Translations under genes and position numbers: made by a program
Origin: an uncultured Bacilli bacterium
GTDB taxonomy: Bacteria; Bacillota_I; Bacilli_A; RFN20; CAG-449
Length of the DNA: 35,500 nt
NCBI GenBank assembly: GCA_947593895.1
Contig: CANQDY010000001.1
Coordinates: 1 to 35,500, forward strand
Direction of reading: 5' to 3'
Part shown: in pieces, positions 18,487-28,200 of the stretch
How positions within the stretch are numbered: the first letter of the stretch is position 1
How the letters are laid out: each line of letters begins with the position of its first letter
The notes under the pieces: model-generated
What the model was told of the DNA's origin: nothing
Databases searched by the model: none
Seen by the model: only the letters and a program-made list of their open reading frames with translations

Positions 18487-19191
18487 CTACAATGGTCTTT
18501 TTTTAATTTGGCCATAATTTCTTGGATATTTGGCCGAAGTCGTTTTTATTTTTTTAATAAATATATTTCCACGAACATCTTTTTCCGATGGTAAGTGATG
18601 TTCTTTTACTTTTTCTATTATAACATTTAATTCTTTAATTGCTTTACTACTTTCATCAATTTCATCCTGATAAATTTTTCCTTTCAAAGCAACAAATAAT
18701 CCATTCACTTTTAATAAAGGAACAATAATTTCCAGCAAAATATTTAATCGACTAACTGCTCGAGCAAAAGCAAAATCATATTCTTCGATATGTTTTTTAC
18801 AAAAATCCTCGCATCTTTGATTAACCACAATAACATTAGTTAAAGATAATTTATTAATTACCTCACTTAAAAAATTACATCTTTTGGTCAATGGTTCCAG
18901 TAGAGTCATCTGAATATTTGGATAGCAAATAGCAAGAACGAGGCCGGGAAATCCCGCACCGGTTCCAACATCGATACACTTCTTATTATTCAAATCTTCG
19001 CCAAATGAAAATAATAATGAATCAAGGAAATGCTTTTCAAAAACTTTTTCTTTTTCTGTTATTGAAGTTAAATTCATTACTTGATTTTTTTCTTTTAGTA
19101 AGAATTGATACATATTTAACATATCAAGTTGTCTGGTTGATAAATCCAATCCGTTATCTTTTAAATAATTTACAAATTCACTTTCTGTCAT
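18487..19191 (-). CDS. rsmG: 16S rRNA (guanine527-N7)-methyltransferase RsmG (GidB)
   Basis: SAM-binding DVGTGAGFPGL motif, in the conserved position after mnmG. Confidence 0.9.
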   Translation of the reverse strand: MTESEFVNYLKDNGLDLSTRQLDMLNMYQFLLKEKNQVMNLTSITEKEKVFEKHFLDSLLFSFGEDLNNKKCIDVGTGAGFPGLVLAICYPNIQMTLLEPLTKRCNFLSEVINKLSLTNVIVVNQRCEDFCKKHIEEYDFAFARAVSRLNILLEIIVPLLKVNGLFVALKGKIYQDEIDESSKAIKELNVIIEKVKEHHLPSEKDVRGNIFIKKIKTTSAKYPRNYGQIKKRPL

Positions 19192-19192
19192 G

Positions 19193-21049
19193 TCATTTCC
19201 CCTTTCTAATGTGGAGCAATAACATTGAGATATCGCAAGGATTTACTCCTGAAATTCGGCTAGCTTGGCCAATTGTTCTTGGTTTTATAAGAGAAAACTT
19301 TTGTCTTGCTTCTAATCGTAATCCATCCATGTTGAGATAATCAAGGTTATCAGGAATTTTAACTTCTTCAAGTTTTACAAGACGAATTGCATCTTTTCTG
19401 GCTTTTTCAATATATCCCTCATATTTAATTAAAATTTCTAATTGCTCTTTTTCTTCTTCAGTTAATAATTCAATATCGACATATTTAATTAGCTCATTAA
19501 TTTTTACTTCTGGTCTTTTTAAAATTTCACTTGCTGTAGGACCACCTTTATAATCAGAGTAACCAATCTCATGCATGTAATTTACAAAATCCGGAGTTTC
19601 TCCCATATGAGTATGGTCAAATTGATTTTTTACTCGATTTAAACGTTCAACTTTATCTTTAAACTTCTGATATCTTTCTTCGCTTATAAGACCAATTTGA
19701 TATCCAATTGGAGTTAATCTTAAATCAGCATTATCGCTTCTAAGTAATAATCGATATTCAGCCCGAGAAGAAAGTAAACGATAGGGCTCTTTGGTTCCCT
19801 TACTTACTAAATCATCAATCATTACCCCAATATAAGATTGATCACGACGAAGAATCAACGGTTCTCGATTTAAAATTTTTAATGATGCATTAATTCCAGC
19901 CATTAATCCGAGTCCTGCTGCTTCCTCATAACCAGATGTTCCGCAAATTTGTCCAGCAACATATAAACCAGGCCAATTTCTAATTTGAAGAGTGTAATCA
20001 TATTCACTTGCATCAATTGCATCATATTCAATAGCATAAGCATATTTTATAATTTTCGCATGTTCCAAGCCCTTTATTGAATGAACCATCTGTTCTTGAA
20101 CATACTCGGGCATTGATGTAGAAAAACCTTGTAAATAAAATGAATCAGTATGGATAGATTCCGGTTCTAAAAAAAGTTGATGACGCGGTTTATCGCTAAA
20201 TCTAACTACTTTATCTTCAATCGAAGGACAATATCTAGGTCCAACGCCGGTAATAACACCACCATACATTGCAGATTCATTTAAATGTTCTTTAATAATT
20301 TCGTGAGTCTTACTATTTGTATAAGTCAAATAGCAAAGAACTTGCTTTTCAAATGGAACAATATTAGTATCAGTAAATGAAAATTTTAATGGTTCTTTAC
20401 TACCATATTGAGGTTCTAAAATATCAAAATCTATACTATCTTTTTTTATTCTCTGTGGAGTTCCGGTCTTTAAGCGAATAATTTTTATTCCCATCTTTTT
20501 TAAGTTAGGTGATAAACCAACAGATGGTTTTTCACCATCAGGTCCTTCACTTTTAACATTATGACCTCGTAAGATAACACTTTCCATATAGGTTCCGGTT
20601 GTTAAAATTACCGCTTTAGAATAGATTTCTTGTTCTTGAATTTTAACTCCGACAACTTGATGATCTTGACATATTAAATCATCAACCATTCCTTCAAGAA
20701 TAGTTAAATTTGAACAATTATCTGCATAATTTTGCATAATTTTAGGATAATCAAGTTTATCTTCTTGGGCTCTTAAACATTGAACACCTGGACCTTTTCC
20801 GGTATTTAGCATTTTCATTTGTAGGCAACCAAAATCCGCACTAATACCCATCATACCACCAAGGGCATCAATTTCTCTAACCACAATTCCTTTTGCACTG
20901 CCACCAATTGAAGGATTACACGGCATGTTTGAAATCATCTTTTTATTAAGAGTAACAAGAAGAGTTTTTAATCCCATATGTGCAGAAGCAAAACATGCTT
21001 CCATTCCCGCATGTCCTCCTCCAACAACAATTACATCATAAGTATTCAT
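19193..21049 (-). CDS. mnmG: tRNA uridine 5-carboxymethylaminomethyl modification enzyme MnmG (GidA)
   Basis: N-terminal FAD motif YDVIVVGGGHAGMEA, full-length conserved GidA sequence, TGA stop. Confidence 0.97.
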   Translation of the reverse strand: MNTYDVIVVGGGHAGMEACFASAHMGLKTLLVTLNKKMISNMPCNPSIGGSAKGIVVREIDALGGMMGISADFGCLQMKMLNTGKGPGVQCLRAQEDKLDYPKIMQNYADNCSNLTILEGMVDDLICQDHQVVGVKIQEQEIYSKAVILTTGTYMESVILRGHNVKSEGPDGEKPSVGLSPNLKKMGIKIIRLKTGTPQRIKKDSIDFDILEPQYGSKEPLKFSFTDTNIVPFEKQVLCYLTYTNSKTHEIIKEHLNESAMYGGVITGVGPRYCPSIEDKVVRFSDKPRHQLFLEPESIHTDSFYLQGFSTSMPEYVQEQMVHSIKGLEHAKIIKYAYAIEYDAIDASEYDYTLQIRNWPGLYVAGQICGTSGYEEAAGLGLMAGINASLKILNREPLILRRDQSYIGVMIDDLVSKGTKEPYRLLSSRAEYRLLLRSDNADLRLTPIGYQIGLISEERYQKFKDKVERLNRVKNQFDHTHMGETPDFVNYMHEIGYSDYKGGPTASEILKRPEVKINELIKYVDIELLTEEEKEQLEILIKYEGYIEKARKDAIRLVKLEEVKIPDNLDYLNMDGLRLEARQKFSLIKPRTIGQASRISGVNPCDISMLLLHIRKGK

Positions 21050-21052
21050 TTA

Positions 21053-22441
21053 CTAACCAATACTCCCATCCATATCCATCTTAATCAATTGATTTAATTC
21101 TACTGCATATTCCATTGGAAGTTCCTTAGAGAATGGTTCAATAAAACCCATAATAATCATTTGAGTGGCTTCTTTTTTTGACAACCCTCTGGACATTAAA
21201 TAAAATAATTGCTCTTCATTAATCTTACTAACCGTTGCTTCATGTTCCAAGAATGAAGAATTATTATTACAAATATTAGTTGGGATTGTATCCGAAGCCG
21301 ATTTATCATCAAGAATTAATGTATCACACTCAACATGAGCTTTACTATTTGTTGCCTTTGATCCCATAAAAACTTTTCCACGATAATTAGCGACACCACC
21401 ATTTTTGACAATCGACTTAGAGATGATTGTCGAAGTAGTATCTTCTCCAATATGAATCATCTTTGCACCAGCATCCTGATATTGACCGTGATCCGCTACA
21501 GCAATAGATATACAATTTCCCTTTGCTTTTTTACCATTTAAAACACAACAAGGATATTTCATATTTAATTGACTACCAATATTTCCATCAATCCATTCCA
21601 TTAAACCATCTTCTTCGACTAAGGCTCTTTTAGTAACTAGATTAACAATATTATTTGACCAGTTTTGAATCGTTGAATAACGGCATTTACCACCCTTTTC
21701 AACATAAATTTCAACGACTGCCGCATGCAAAGATTCTTTTGAATAAATTGGTGCAGTACATCCTTCAACATAATGAACATCCGCTCCCTCATCAACAATA
21801 ATCAATGTTCTTTCAAATTGACCTGATTTTTCATTATTAATTCTGAAGTAAGATTGCAAAGGTTTTTCAAGTTTTACTCCTTTAGGAACATAAATAAATG
21901 ATCCTCCAGACCATACTGCACCATTTAAAGCGGCAAACTTATTATCTTTATAAGGAACTACCTTATTAAAATATTTTTTGAATAGATCCGGACATGTTTG
22001 TAGAGCCATATCAGTTGATAAAAATATAACACCTTTATCCTCAACCTCTTTAAGCATGTTATGATAAACAACTTCACTCTCGTACTGAGTCGAAACACCA
22101 GATAAAAATTTTTGTTCCGCTTCAGGAATACCTAATTTTTGAAAGGTTTCTTTAATTATTTGAGGAACTTTATCCCACGAATTTTCCTCTTTTTCTGATG
22201 GCTTTGTAAAATAAGTATATGAATCAAAATCAAGGTCAGAAAGATCTGGTCCATATTTTGGCATAGGTAATTCTTTAAATGCTTGATAAGATTTTAAGCG
22301 AAATTCCAGCATCCATTCTGGCTCATGCTTCGTTTTTGAAATCTCTCTAATAATATCTTCATTTAATCCTTTTTTTGTTTTAAAAGTTGAAACATCTTCA
22401 TTTTTAAAACCATACTTATATTCTTCTTGTTTATTCATCAT
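21053..22441 (-). CDS. sufB: Fe-S cluster assembly scaffold SufB
   Basis: Conserved SufB sequence throughout (..[36 protein letters not shown]..). The likely start is ATGATG at 22441/22438, behind a GGGAGG and overlapping the sufU end. The longer track ORF start is unlikely. Confidence 0.93.
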   Translation of the reverse strand: MMNKQEEYKYGFKNEDVSTFKTKKGLNEDIIREISKTKHEPEWMLEFRLKSYQAFKELPMPKYGPDLSDLDFDSYTYFTKPSEKEENSWDKVPQIIKETFQKLGIPEAEQKFLSGVSTQYESEVVYHNMLKEVEDKGVIFLSTDMALQTCPDLFKKYFNKVVPYKDNKFAALNGAVWSGGSFIYVPKGVKLEKPLQSYFRINNEKSGQFERTLIIVDEGADVHYVEGCTAPIYSKESLHAAVVEIYVEKGGKCRYSTIQNWSNNIVNLVTKRALVEEDGLMEWIDGNIGSQLNMKYPCCVLNGKKAKGNCISIAVADHGQYQDAGAKMIHIGEDTTSTIISKSIVKNGGVANYRGKVFMGSKATNSKAHVECDTLILDDKSASDTIPTNICNNNSSFLEHEATVSKINEEQLFYLMSRGLSKKEATQMIIMGFIEPFSKELPMEYAVELNQLIKMDMDGSIG

Positions 22442-22874
22442 CTTCACTACCTCCCAGAATTCTTCTAACTCCTCTGAATGAGATAGTTGCACATTTTATA
22501 CGCGATGGTTGACGATTGGTATTCATAAAAACAACTGCTTCTTCAAGCAAATCTGGATCGTAAGGTTTTTCATGAATCATCGCATAATAATTATCAATAA
22601 TCTTATTCCCCTCATCAACTGTTTTACCTTTTAATAATTCAGTCATAATTGAAGTAGATGCCGTTGAAATTGCACATCCATTTCCATGCCAACATACATC
22701 AGAGAAAACATTATTTTCAATTTTAACTTGAATATAAATTTTATCAATGCAAGAGGTTGAATCCATATAAACAGTTTGATATGATGAGTCGCTTTCTTCT
22801 CTTTTATTTCTAGGATTTTGATAATGATCCATAATAACTTCTCTCATCATTTCATTACTAAGCGAAAAATGCAT
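22431..22874 (-). CDS. sufU: Fe-S cluster assembly sulfur-transfer protein SufU
   Basis: Contains [24 protein letters not shown] and RIKCATI motifs (three Cys ligands). Confidence 0.9.
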   Translation of the reverse strand: MHFSLSNEMMREVIMDHYQNPRNKREESDSSYQTVYMDSTSCIDKIYIQVKIENNVFSDVCWHGNGCAISTASTSIMTELLKGKTVDEGNKIIDNYYAMIHEKPYDPDLLEEAVVFMNTNRQPSRIKCATISFRGVRRILGGSEDDE

Positions 22875-24069
22875 CTAAAAAGTCGCCACCTTTCTTACAA
22901 ACATCAATAAAATAATCAATTTCTTTTTTTGTATTGTAAAAACATACACTAACTCTAACCGTTGCGTCCACATTCAGCAAATTATGAATTAATTTAGCAC
23001 AATGCTCACCACTTCTGACACATATATGATAGTGATTAAAAAGTGTAGCGGCATCTTGAGCAAAAACATCATTGATATTAAAAGCAACAATTCCTGTTTT
23101 ATTGTCTGGATTATAAATTTTTATATTATTTAGAACGCTGATTTTTTCAATCAAATATCGTTTTAACTCTTTTTCATATTCAAAAATATTATTCATTCCA
23201 ATATTATTTAAATATTCAATTGCTTTAGCAAGTCCGACAACACCAGCAATATTTTGAGTTCCCGATTCAAATTTTTCTGGTGAATCTAAATATTTCACAT
23301 TGCATGCTACATCAAATGTTGCATTCATTCCCCCACCTAAACAAAGTGGTTCCATATCTTTTAATAGATGGTATTTACCATATAAAACTCCAATACCTGT
23401 TGGTCCATAACATTTATGTCCTGAAAAAGTTAAAAAGTCGACATCTAAATCCTTAACATCAATTTTCATATGAGGAACACTTTGAGCTCCATCACAGACA
23501 AAAATTGCCTTATAATCATGAGCAATCTTAACTAATGATTTGATATCATTAATTGCACCTAATACATTTGATATATGAGCGATTGATACAATTTTTGTTT
23601 TGTTGGAAATTACCTTTAATAAATTATCAACAGTAATTTCACCCTGAGCGTTAACTGGAATAAATTTAATTTTACACCCTTTGATTTCACAAACTCGATA
23701 CCAAGGAAGTAAACATGAAGCATGCTCTACAAGACTTACAAGAATTTCATCATCTTTTTCTAAGCGATTCATCAAACCATAAGCAACCTGATTTAAACTC
23801 ATTGAATCACCAGACGTAAAAACAATCTCTTTTTTTTCTGCATTAATAAAATTAGCAATTATTTTTCTTGATTCATCAAATTTAACATCAGCTTGATAAG
23901 CGATATCATAATCACCACGATGTGTATTGGCACAATAATTATTATAATATTCCATTTCGGCATCAATAACACATTTAGGTTTGAAAGTTGTCGCAGCATT
24001 ATCAAAATAAACTAACTCTGGATGATTAGTAATCATTGGAAAATCATTTCTTAATTTTTCAAAATCCAT
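22858..24069 (-). CDS. sufS: Cysteine desulfurase SufS
   Basis: Class V aminotransferase fold with a PLP-Lys context (FSGHKCYGPTGIGVLY) and the active-site loop RSGEHCA. Confidence 0.93.
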   Translation of the reverse strand: MDFEKLRNDFPMITNHPELVYFDNAATTFKPKCVIDAEMEYYNNYCANTHRGDYDIAYQADVKFDESRKIIANFINAEKKEIVFTSGDSMSLNQVAYGLMNRLEKDDEILVSLVEHASCLLPWYRVCEIKGCKIKFIPVNAQGEITVDNLLKVISNKTKIVSIAHISNVLGAINDIKSLVKIAHDYKAIFVCDGAQSVPHMKIDVKDLDVDFLTFSGHKCYGPTGIGVLYGKYHLLKDMEPLCLGGGMNATFDVACNVKYLDSPEKFESGTQNIAGVVGLAKAIEYLNNIGMNNIFEYEKELKRYLIEKISVLNNIKIYNPDNKTGIVAFNINDVFAQDAATLFNHYHICVRSGEHCAKLIHNLLNVDATVRVSVCFYNTKKEIDYFIDVCKKGGDFLDAFFA

Positions 24070-24072
24070 ACT

Positions 24073-24912
24073 TTACACTCTTCTTTCAATATTTTTCTTA
24101 ATGTCATCAATAGTTTTTTGATTGTTAAAATGAGAAAGTATTGGCATTAAATAACCCAATGTGATTAATTTTTTTGCCTCTTTTTCTTCAATTCCTCGGC
24201 TTGTTAAATAAAAGATGTGGTCTTCATTTATTCTGCCAACAACAGCTGCGTGAGATGCTTGAACATCATTTTCATCAATGCATAGTGTTGGGCTGGCTTT
24301 AGCAACGCAATTTTTATCAAAAACCATAATTTTTGCACTTTGATGAGTCGCACTATTATGAGCTCCCTTAATAATTTTACTGGACCCTAAAAAACTTAAA
24401 TTTGAACTATCCTCACAGACTCCATAATTTTCCATCTTCGCATAAGTTTCTTTATTTTTATGATAAAAACTAATTTCAAATGATTTTTTATCATCATTTT
24501 TTAAAAGTGTAGCTAAATGCCAAGTAGCCCTGGCCCCTTTCCCATTTAAATAGCAATCAAACTTAAACTCATTATAGCCATTTGAAAAATCTGCATATGC
24601 TCCATTAAATTCACTATCATCATCCATATTGACAACAACATGATTTTGGCATTCTTTTTCAAAAGAAGCAATATTAAAAGTAAGGTGAGAATTATCTCTT
24701 AAATTAAATGTGATGTTTTTACAACTATGGTGAACAATATTTAAAATAGTAACACTGGAATTATTAAGCAAATTGACAATTAAATTATTGCAAGGAATAG
24801 ATTTAAAATCCAAACTATAGTTTTTATTATCTTGCGAATCCAAACTTATTTCTAGGGTATTATTTTTAATTTGCTCTTCTTTATTAGAAAGTAAATTAAT
24901 CATATTTATCAC
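24073..24912 (-). CDS. sufD: SufD-like Fe-S assembly protein (short form)
   Basis: The C-terminal SufBD core is conserved (..QASHAAVVGRINEDHIFYLTSRGI..). At 279 aa it is shorter than the roughly 430-aa Bacillus-type SufD I recall. Confidence 0.8.
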   Translation of the reverse strand: MINMINLLSNKEEQIKNNTLEISLDSQDNKNYSLDFKSIPCNNLIVNLLNNSSVTILNIVHHSCKNITFNLRDNSHLTFNIASFEKECQNHVVVNMDDDSEFNGAYADFSNGYNEFKFDCYLNGKGARATWHLATLLKNDDKKSFEISFYHKNKETYAKMENYGVCEDSSNLSFLGSSKIIKGAHNSATHQSAKIMVFDKNCVAKASPTLCIDENDVQASHAAVVGRINEDHIFYLTSRGIEEKEAKKLITLGYLMPILSHFNNQKTIDDIKKNIERRV

Positions 24913-25737
24913 CTATTTCTTCAATACTTCTTTTGTTGCACAAGCTCCAATAGAAACTTGATTCATTGTTTTATCTTCTTTTGAAATTTCAATTCCGAGT
25001 TCGTATTTTATCCATTCATAACCCTGCCTATCAATTTTATCAATGATCTCAAATCCACCTTCTAAAGCAATCTTCCCATTAATCATAACCGCAACATGAG
25101 TTGGCTTAATCAAATGGTACAATCTTGCATAGTGAGATATTACAATAAATGACATTTGTGTCGTTTCTTGCATTTCCTTAATTGCATCACTGACAGAAAC
25201 AAGTGCATCAACATCAAGTCCAGAATCGATCTCATCTAGCATTGCCAAATCAGGTTTTAATAATAGCATTTGTAAAATTTCATTACGTTTTTTCTCTCCA
25301 CCAGAAAAACCCTCATTTAAAAATCTTTGCGACATATCCATAGAAATATTCATCTTTTTCGATGCACTCTCTAAACTACGATAAAACTCAAATAACTTTA
25401 TTGGAGTGTCTCTTCTAGCATTTATTGCCGCTTTTAAAAAGTCAGCATTAACAACTCCAGGAACCTCACTTGGATATTGCATACCTAAAAAAATTCCTTT
25501 TTTTGATCTTTCATCAACAGTCATTTTTAAAACATCTTCACCATCTAATGTAATAGATCCTTCTGTAATTTTATACTTTGGATTACCCATTATTGCTGCA
25601 AGAAGAGTTGATTTACCATGACCATTTTGACCAACTAAAGCCAATGTTTCATGTGGCTTAATTGTTAAGTTAACACCTTTTAAAATTTCTTTATCTTCAA
25701 CACTTACATGTAAATTTTTAATAATTAATTCTTTCAT
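24913..25737 (-). CDS. sufC: Fe-S cluster assembly ATPase SufC
   Basis: Walker A GQNGHGKST, signature FSGGEKKR, Walker B AMLDEIDSGLD, H-loop ISHY. It abuts the sufD start with no gap. Confidence 0.95.
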   Translation of the reverse strand: MKELIIKNLHVSVEDKEILKGVNLTIKPHETLALVGQNGHGKSTLLAAIMGNPKYKITEGSITLDGEDVLKMTVDERSKKGIFLGMQYPSEVPGVVNADFLKAAINARRDTPIKLFEFYRSLESASKKMNISMDMSQRFLNEGFSGGEKKRNEILQMLLLKPDLAMLDEIDSGLDVDALVSVSDAIKEMQETTQMSFIVISHYARLYHLIKPTHVAVMINGKIALEGGFEIIDKIDRQGYEWIKYELGIEISKEDKTMNQVSIGACATKEVLKK

Positions 25738-25921
25738 CTTTTTTTCCCCAAGCGTTATTATTCTACACCATTATTGTAAGTAAAAAAAGACAAACAATTA
25801 TTTTTATAAAAAATAAATTAATTTTTTTGTGAAACATTTTTTACAATTTTTTCTCTTTCAAAAAATTTATAATTTCTATTTTAAATAATTAAATTTGAAT
25901 TTAAAAATTGCTAAAAAAACC

Positions 25922-25958
25922 AAAAAAAATAATAAAAAGGTAAAGTTTTCACTTTACC
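25922..25958 (-). terminator. Rho-independent terminator after the tandem micro-ORFs
   Basis: 8-bp stem GGTAAAGT (25939-25946) / ACTTTACC (25951-25958) with a 4-nt loop. On the minus strand it is followed by a long T-rich run (25922-25938). Confidence 0.7.
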
Positions 25959-25965
25959 CCTAGGA

Positions 25966-26070
25966 CTACCAGTTAGATGAATTTCCAACTGCACAAGTAG
26001 AACCGCAACCAATGATTACTAATAGAATAAATAATACTAAAATGATTGCGAATGTATTGCTTCCATTCAT
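25966..26070 (-). CDS. 34-aa YjcZ-like tiny transmembrane peptide (downstream copy)
   Basis: My own translation gives MNGSNTFAIILVLFILLVIIGCGSTCAVGNSSNW. A GGGAGG Shine-Dalgarno (26080-26085) lies 9 nt upstream of the ATG. It is below the ORF-track size cutoff. The core FAIILVLFILLVIIG resembles the YjcZ/TIGR01732 tiny-TM family core as I recall it. Confidence 0.65.
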   Translation of the reverse strand: MNGSNTFAIILVLFILLVIIGCGSTCAVGNSSNW

Positions 26071-26089
26071 TTAATAAGACCTCCCTTTT

Positions 26090-26194
26090 TTATCGGCAGA
26101 AACAACCAAATAAAGCTAGTAAGATAAACAAAACAAGGATAAACGAGAAAAATACTCCGCCTCTACCTTGGCATTGTCCCGTACAAGAATTCAT
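26090..26194 (-). CDS. 34-aa YjcZ-like tiny transmembrane peptide (upstream copy), Cys-rich ends
   Basis: My own translation gives MNSCTGQCQGRGGVFFSFILVLFILLALFGCFCR. An AAGGAGG Shine-Dalgarno (about 26198-26204) lies about 5 nt upstream of the ATG. A 19-nt spacer separates it from the next micro-ORF. Confidence 0.65.
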   Translation of the reverse strand: MNSCTGQCQGRGGVFFSFILVLFILLALFGCFCR

Positions 26195-26349
26195 AATAAC
26201 CTCCTTTGTTTTCAATTTATTCTATGCAAAGCAACAAATAATGCCATTTCAAAAAGAAAAAAAACTATGGTGCGCCCAATTTCAAATTATCAATATCTGT
26301 CGTTCAATTAAGTATTTATAATATTTATATTATATTTTGTATTTTATGC

Positions 26350-26379
26350 TTGAAAGTATTATTGCTTTTAGTTTAGAAT
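26350..26379 (+). promoter_or_regulatory. Candidate sigma-A-type promoter for the lipoprotein pair
   Basis: TTGAAA (26350-26355), an 18-nt spacer, then TAGAAT (26374-26379). An AGGAGG Shine-Dalgarno at 26403-26408 precedes the ATG at 26418. Confidence 0.4.
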
Positions 26380-26417
26380 AATATCGCTATGTTTAAAAAA
26401 AAAGGAGGAAAAACTAC

Positions 26418-28184
26418 ATGAAAAAACGTTTATTTACGTTATCTATGGTTGGTTTACTAACACTCGGTTTAGCATCATGTTCTTCCATCTCATCAAAAAA
26501 AACTTCTGATGGTAAAGAAATTATTGTAACTATCAAAAGTTCTGATGGAGGAGAAGAAGTTAACTACACTGCCGACGATTTATTAAATCAATATACTAGT
26601 ACTGAAACTGGCGTAAAAGCATACTACAATGCAATTTACGATTTATTAATTAGAAACGATCAAGAAATGACTAATGACATGCAAAAACAAGTCGAAACAA
26701 AAATGGATGATTTCGTTAAAAATTGTAAATCTAACGCAGCAAACAATGGTACTAAATATAAAACAGAGCTTTCTAATGCTCTTGAAGAACAAGGCGTTAA
26801 AAATCTTGGAGAACTTCGTGAATTAAAAGAGTTAGAAGTTCAAAAAACTGAATATGAAAATGTTTACTATGATGATGATAAAATTATCGAAGTTGCAAAA
26901 GAATATATTAAAGAAAAATCACCTTACCATATTCGTCATATTTTAGTTAAAACAGACGATATCGAGGGTTCAAGTGTTTATAGCAAAGAAATATCCAAAG
27001 ATGAATCAAAAAAGATTTATTCAATTATTAGCCGTTTAGCATCTGGAAAAGAAACATTCGGTGCAATTGCTTATGATGCAAGTGATGATTCATCAAATAG
27101 TCTTTATGGTTCTGTTGGAATTATGCAAACAGATACTAGTTTTGTCAGTGAATTCAAATATAGTATTTATTATTATGATATAATGTTTGGTAAAAATGAC
27201 ACTGGAAAAACTAAAGATGAATTATTAGAACGTTTAGGTATCCCAAACGAAGTAATTTTATCAGATGATTATAAATTAAATACTAAGTCTATCTTGGATA
27301 GTTCGGTCGGAACTATACCTTACTCAGTTGTTTCTATGTTTGAAAAATATGCTGATACTACTAAAACTGTAAGTAATAAAACATATACTGATGAAATTCT
27401 TCCGGATGTTGACAGACACGAAATTACCAGCACATATTATCCAAGAAATGTTTTATTTAACACTTACTTTAATAATCATGGTTTATCATTTATCACAAAT
27501 GAAGGCTTTGAGGATACCGATAATAACAACTGGACAGAGCCAAACTCAAGTTTAAAAGCAGTTCTCGGCGATACATTTAATGGTAAGATTTTAACTGATA
27601 ACGGAAATCCAATTCTTGTAACTTATAATCCATCAACTGGATTACACTTTATGATTATTGAAAAATCACCATTTAGTCAAAAATATTCTTCATACACTGA
27701 CTATAGCGAATCACCAGATGGTAAAGAAGTTCCATTAAATAATCTTGAAGAAGAATTATTGCACTACTATTCTCCTCTTAATGTTCCATCAGGAAGTGAT
27801 AATGTTAAAAATGACAATCGTTTTATTACATATATCAAAACAATTCGTGATGAATATGAAAATCGTGCAACATCATTAAAATCAAATATAAAATCATACG
27901 ATTCTCACATGGATTATCAACTTTTCGAATCTTTACTCTACAAAGGTGATGAAACAAAGACAAAAGTAAGATCCGATATCAAAATCGACGAAACAATTTT
28001 AAATTCAATTCTTGACTATATTGACGATCAAAGAAAGAGCACAAAATATTCTGATGATCAAAATACACTATCTTCTTGGACTAGCTATTTGCAATTACTT
28101 GAATTCCAAAAAGTTCAAAAAGAAGCAAAGCAATTAAAATTCAGTGAAACAAAAAATTACTTCACTGATACTAAAGATTTATAA
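26418..28184 (+). CDS. PrsA-like lipoprotein (parvulin-type peptidyl-prolyl isomerase/foldase) with a large internal insertion
   Basis: Lipobox LGLASC. Parvulin-like elements are present: PYHIRHILVK, FGAIAYDASDDSSNSLYGSVGIM, FVSEFKYSIY and, much later, STGLHFMIIEK. Confidence 0.65.
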   Translation: MKKRLFTLSMVGLLTLGLASCSSISSKKTSDGKEIIVTIKSSDGGEEVNYTADDLLNQYTSTETGVKAYYNAIYDLLIRNDQEMTNDMQKQVETKMDDFVKNCKSNAANNGTKYKTELSNALEEQGVKNLGELRELKELEVQKTEYENVYYDDDKIIEVAKEYIKEKSPYHIRHILVKTDDIEGSSVYSKEISKDESKKIYSIISRLASGKETFGAIAYDASDDSSNSLYGSVGIMQTDTSFVSEFKYSIYYYDIMFGKNDTGKTKDELLERLGIPNEVILSDDYKLNTKSILDSSVGTIPYSVVSMFEKYADTTKTVSNKTYTDEILPDVDRHEITSTYYPRNVLFNTYFNNHGLSFITNEGFEDTDNNNWTEPNSSLKAVLGDTFNGKILTDNGNPILVTYNPSTGLHFMIIEKSPFSQKYSSYTDYSESPDGKEVPLNNLEEELLHYYSPLNVPSGSDNVKNDNRFITYIKTIRDEYENRATSLKSNIKSYDSHMDYQLFESLLYKGDETKTKVRSDIKIDETILNSILDYIDDQRKSTKYSDDQNTLSSWTSYLQLLEFQKVQKEAKQLKFSETKNYFTDTKDL

Positions 28185-28200
28185 GATGGAGGTAAGCAAA

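Noticed and set aside
26046-26321. 91-aa plus-strand ORF from the six-frame track
   Set aside because: It has no Shine-Dalgarno and an odd composition. It lies antisense to two minus-strand micro-ORFs that have consensus ribosome-binding sites and a terminator, so I treat it as a shadow ORF.
25738-26417. Replication origin at the minus-to-plus strand switch near the mnmG/parAB cluster
   Set aside because: There is no dnaA or dnaN gene. I could find no cluster of TTATCCACA-type DnaA boxes by eye. The strand orientation switches back to minus at about 30.6 kb.
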